Assembly: GCF_030144855.1 (NCBI RefSeq)
Contig: NC_082732.1
Location: forward strand, 16,120,001-16,184,000
Source of the DNA: Hypanus sabinus
Taxonomy: Eukaryota
Length of the DNA: 64,000 nucleotides
Direction: 5' to 3'
How positions within the stretch are numbered: position 1 is the stretch's first letter; the number at the start of each line of letters is the position of its first letter. Of this stretch, positions 62,361 to 64,000 are shown one piece after another. A program made the translations under genes and the position numbers. Below the pieces are notes generated by a model. It did not search any database, was not told the DNA's origin, and saw only the letters and a list, made by a program, of their open reading frames with translations.

Positions 62361-62455
62361 TGAGCAGCCAACATTGAAGTTCACTTTAAATCATGCGTAC
62401 AGATGATAAACTAATGTTTGTTACCTGCCTGCTTTCTGAAACATTATTCCTTTAG

Positions 62456-62592
62456 GAATGACATTGCTCTGATCAAACTTACAAAGCCTGCCGTACTGAA
62501 TGACAAAGTCAAGACAGCCTGCATTCCTCCAGCTGGTTACATATTTGGGAATAACTATCCCTGTTACGTGACTGGATGGGGAAGACTTTACT
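62456..62592 (+). CDS. CELA3: Elastase gene 2 exon 5 (catalytic Asp); gene continues beyond the window
   Basis: tag|[45 protein letters not shown]|gtaagt; 137 nt, as in gene 1. Confidence 0.95.
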
Positions 62593-62751
62593 GTAAGTAG
62601 TCCATGCTTCAGTTCATGGTCCTTTTCTGGTAGGAAGAGTTCCTTCCGCCAAAATCATCCATCTTTCCTTTGGCAGTTGTATTGATTTACTTGTGAATGA
62701 TGATAGCGGATTGGATCTAAAAGACTCCCACTTCTGTGCCATAGATGTTAC

Positions 62752-63715
62752 TGTCATGGTCCAGTCCATAAAGTCCGCATTCCAGTTCACGGTCCGGTCC
62801 ACGGACTCCAGACTCCGTCCCTTGTTTCATTTGGGCTTAATCATAGGCACCTGATTCTCATCTTGGAGCTGGGAATATAAGTGGCCCTGGATTTGCGTGT
62901 AGGTGCTGGTTTGTCTTGTCAGTTTCTTGTCCTTGTCATCTTTGCTGTTACCCTGTGGTTGGGTCTGTCCTTCCCTCTGTGGGGTAAGACAGGCTGTCTT
63001 TGCTGTTACCCTGAGGCCGGACTGTTTCCTTCCCTTCTCCTTCTTACCTGCAATCTTGCCTGTGTCCTTGCCTGTATTGCTGTCAAGTTTGGCTGCTGGA
63101 GTGAGACTGGAGCCTTGCCATGCCATCAGAAGGAACTATCTATTGTTGAGCTTGGAACTGTCTTTCTGTGTCCCTGTGTCTGAGTTCTGGCCTTATGTCC
63201 TGGTCCCAAGGAGGGGTCCTGGTTCTGTGTTCCTGTGCTCAAGTCCAAGGCTCTGAGGAGGTTTCCAGTCTGTGCCCAAGTCCTGAGTCCTGGTCTCATC
63301 CGGGGCCAGTGTCTGTGCCCAGCTACGCCTCTCCCTGCCTCTGCTTTGCTCTCCCTCGACCAAGACCAAGTCTGAGCTTCATGACCTCGTCCAGCCCTGG
63401 AGTCCTGCCTCCAGTACTGTTGCCTTGCCACGTCCAGTCCTCGCCTGGATCTGGAGACCAAGCCTGAGCCAAGACCCAGTTTCTGGGTCCCTGTCCAGTC
63501 TCTGGCTCGGAGTCCTTATCCAGGTTCCTGGTTCCTAGTTCCCTGTCCAGGTCCCACTTTCCTAGTCTAGTCCTAGCCCAAGCCCTGTATCCTAGTCTTG
63601 TCCAGCATTGTTTCTCCCCCACTTCCCTTGCTTTCTGACACACCTGGTCCTTTCCCTAGTACTTTAGTGTCTGTGTCTTGCTTTTGGGTCTGTTCCCAAT
63701 GCCCACCTAATGACA
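62752..63715 (+). mobile_element. Solo LTR (964 bp, Gypsy-like)
   Basis: TGTCAT...ATGACA termini, perfect 5-bp TSD gttac (62747-51 / 63716-20), TATA-like site at ~62876. Confidence 0.85.
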
Positions 63716-64000
63716 GTTACTGCAATATTTGATGGTGCTGCACTTTCCTGAGGGCTGGTATATTCCAATTTTTGTCTTTCCTATTCATTTGTATTGCTGT
63801 CTTCTGCCAGATAGCCCTGGACTTTGCCTGAAGTCAACAGAGTTGTCGACATCTCACTGAGAAGATGCCTACTCCAGGGTAGACCTATTCCCAATGTCTG
63901 TAACCCACCACTCAGCAACTGCTCCTTTTAAAGACCAGCTAAAACTCACACTATCAAAGGAATTAAGGGCTTGAATGTTATTCACTGATTGTTCTTATTC

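Noticed and set aside
62827-63643. Cluster of 99-117 aa ORFs on both strands
   Set aside because: All lie within the low-complexity body of a TSD-flanked solo LTR.

Overview
Vertebrate genomic DNA, most likely a cartilaginous fish (inferred from the CR1, V-SINE, Rex1 and Penelope repeat content). It is intron- and transposon-rich, and most of the ORF track is spurious. Host genes: (1) a complete 5-coding-exon FBXO6-like F-box/FBA lectin gene on the minus strand (CDS 6372->939, 250 aa); (2) a complete 8-exon CELA3/proteinase-E-like pancreatic elastase gene on the plus strand (23265-37100, 270 aa); (3) exons 1-5 of a tandem elastase paralogue (51653-62592, continues beyond the window). Mobile DNA: a 3'-truncated Gypsy-type LTR retrotransposon (12286-~16021) with three related solo LTRs, two unrelated solo LTRs, many CR1 and Rex1/Babar LINE pieces, HERO-like and Tx1-like fragments, Tc1-like and hAT-like non-autonomous elements, tRNA-derived SINEs and Penelope-like (PLE) fragments. 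Most notable observations: (a) the Gypsy element has no tRNA primer-binding site; in its place is a 16-nt sequence complementary (15/16) to its own LTR poly(A)-signal region, and it also has a YLDN RT motif and an odd 4+1 target-site pattern; (b) several PLE-derived minimal hammerhead ribozymes, including a ~96-bp stand-alone TSD-flanked insertion and an inverted double element; (c) a candidate decayed multi-exon antisense gene interleaved with the first elastase gene and its promoter. Exon boundaries were read base by base; repeat boundaries are approximate.
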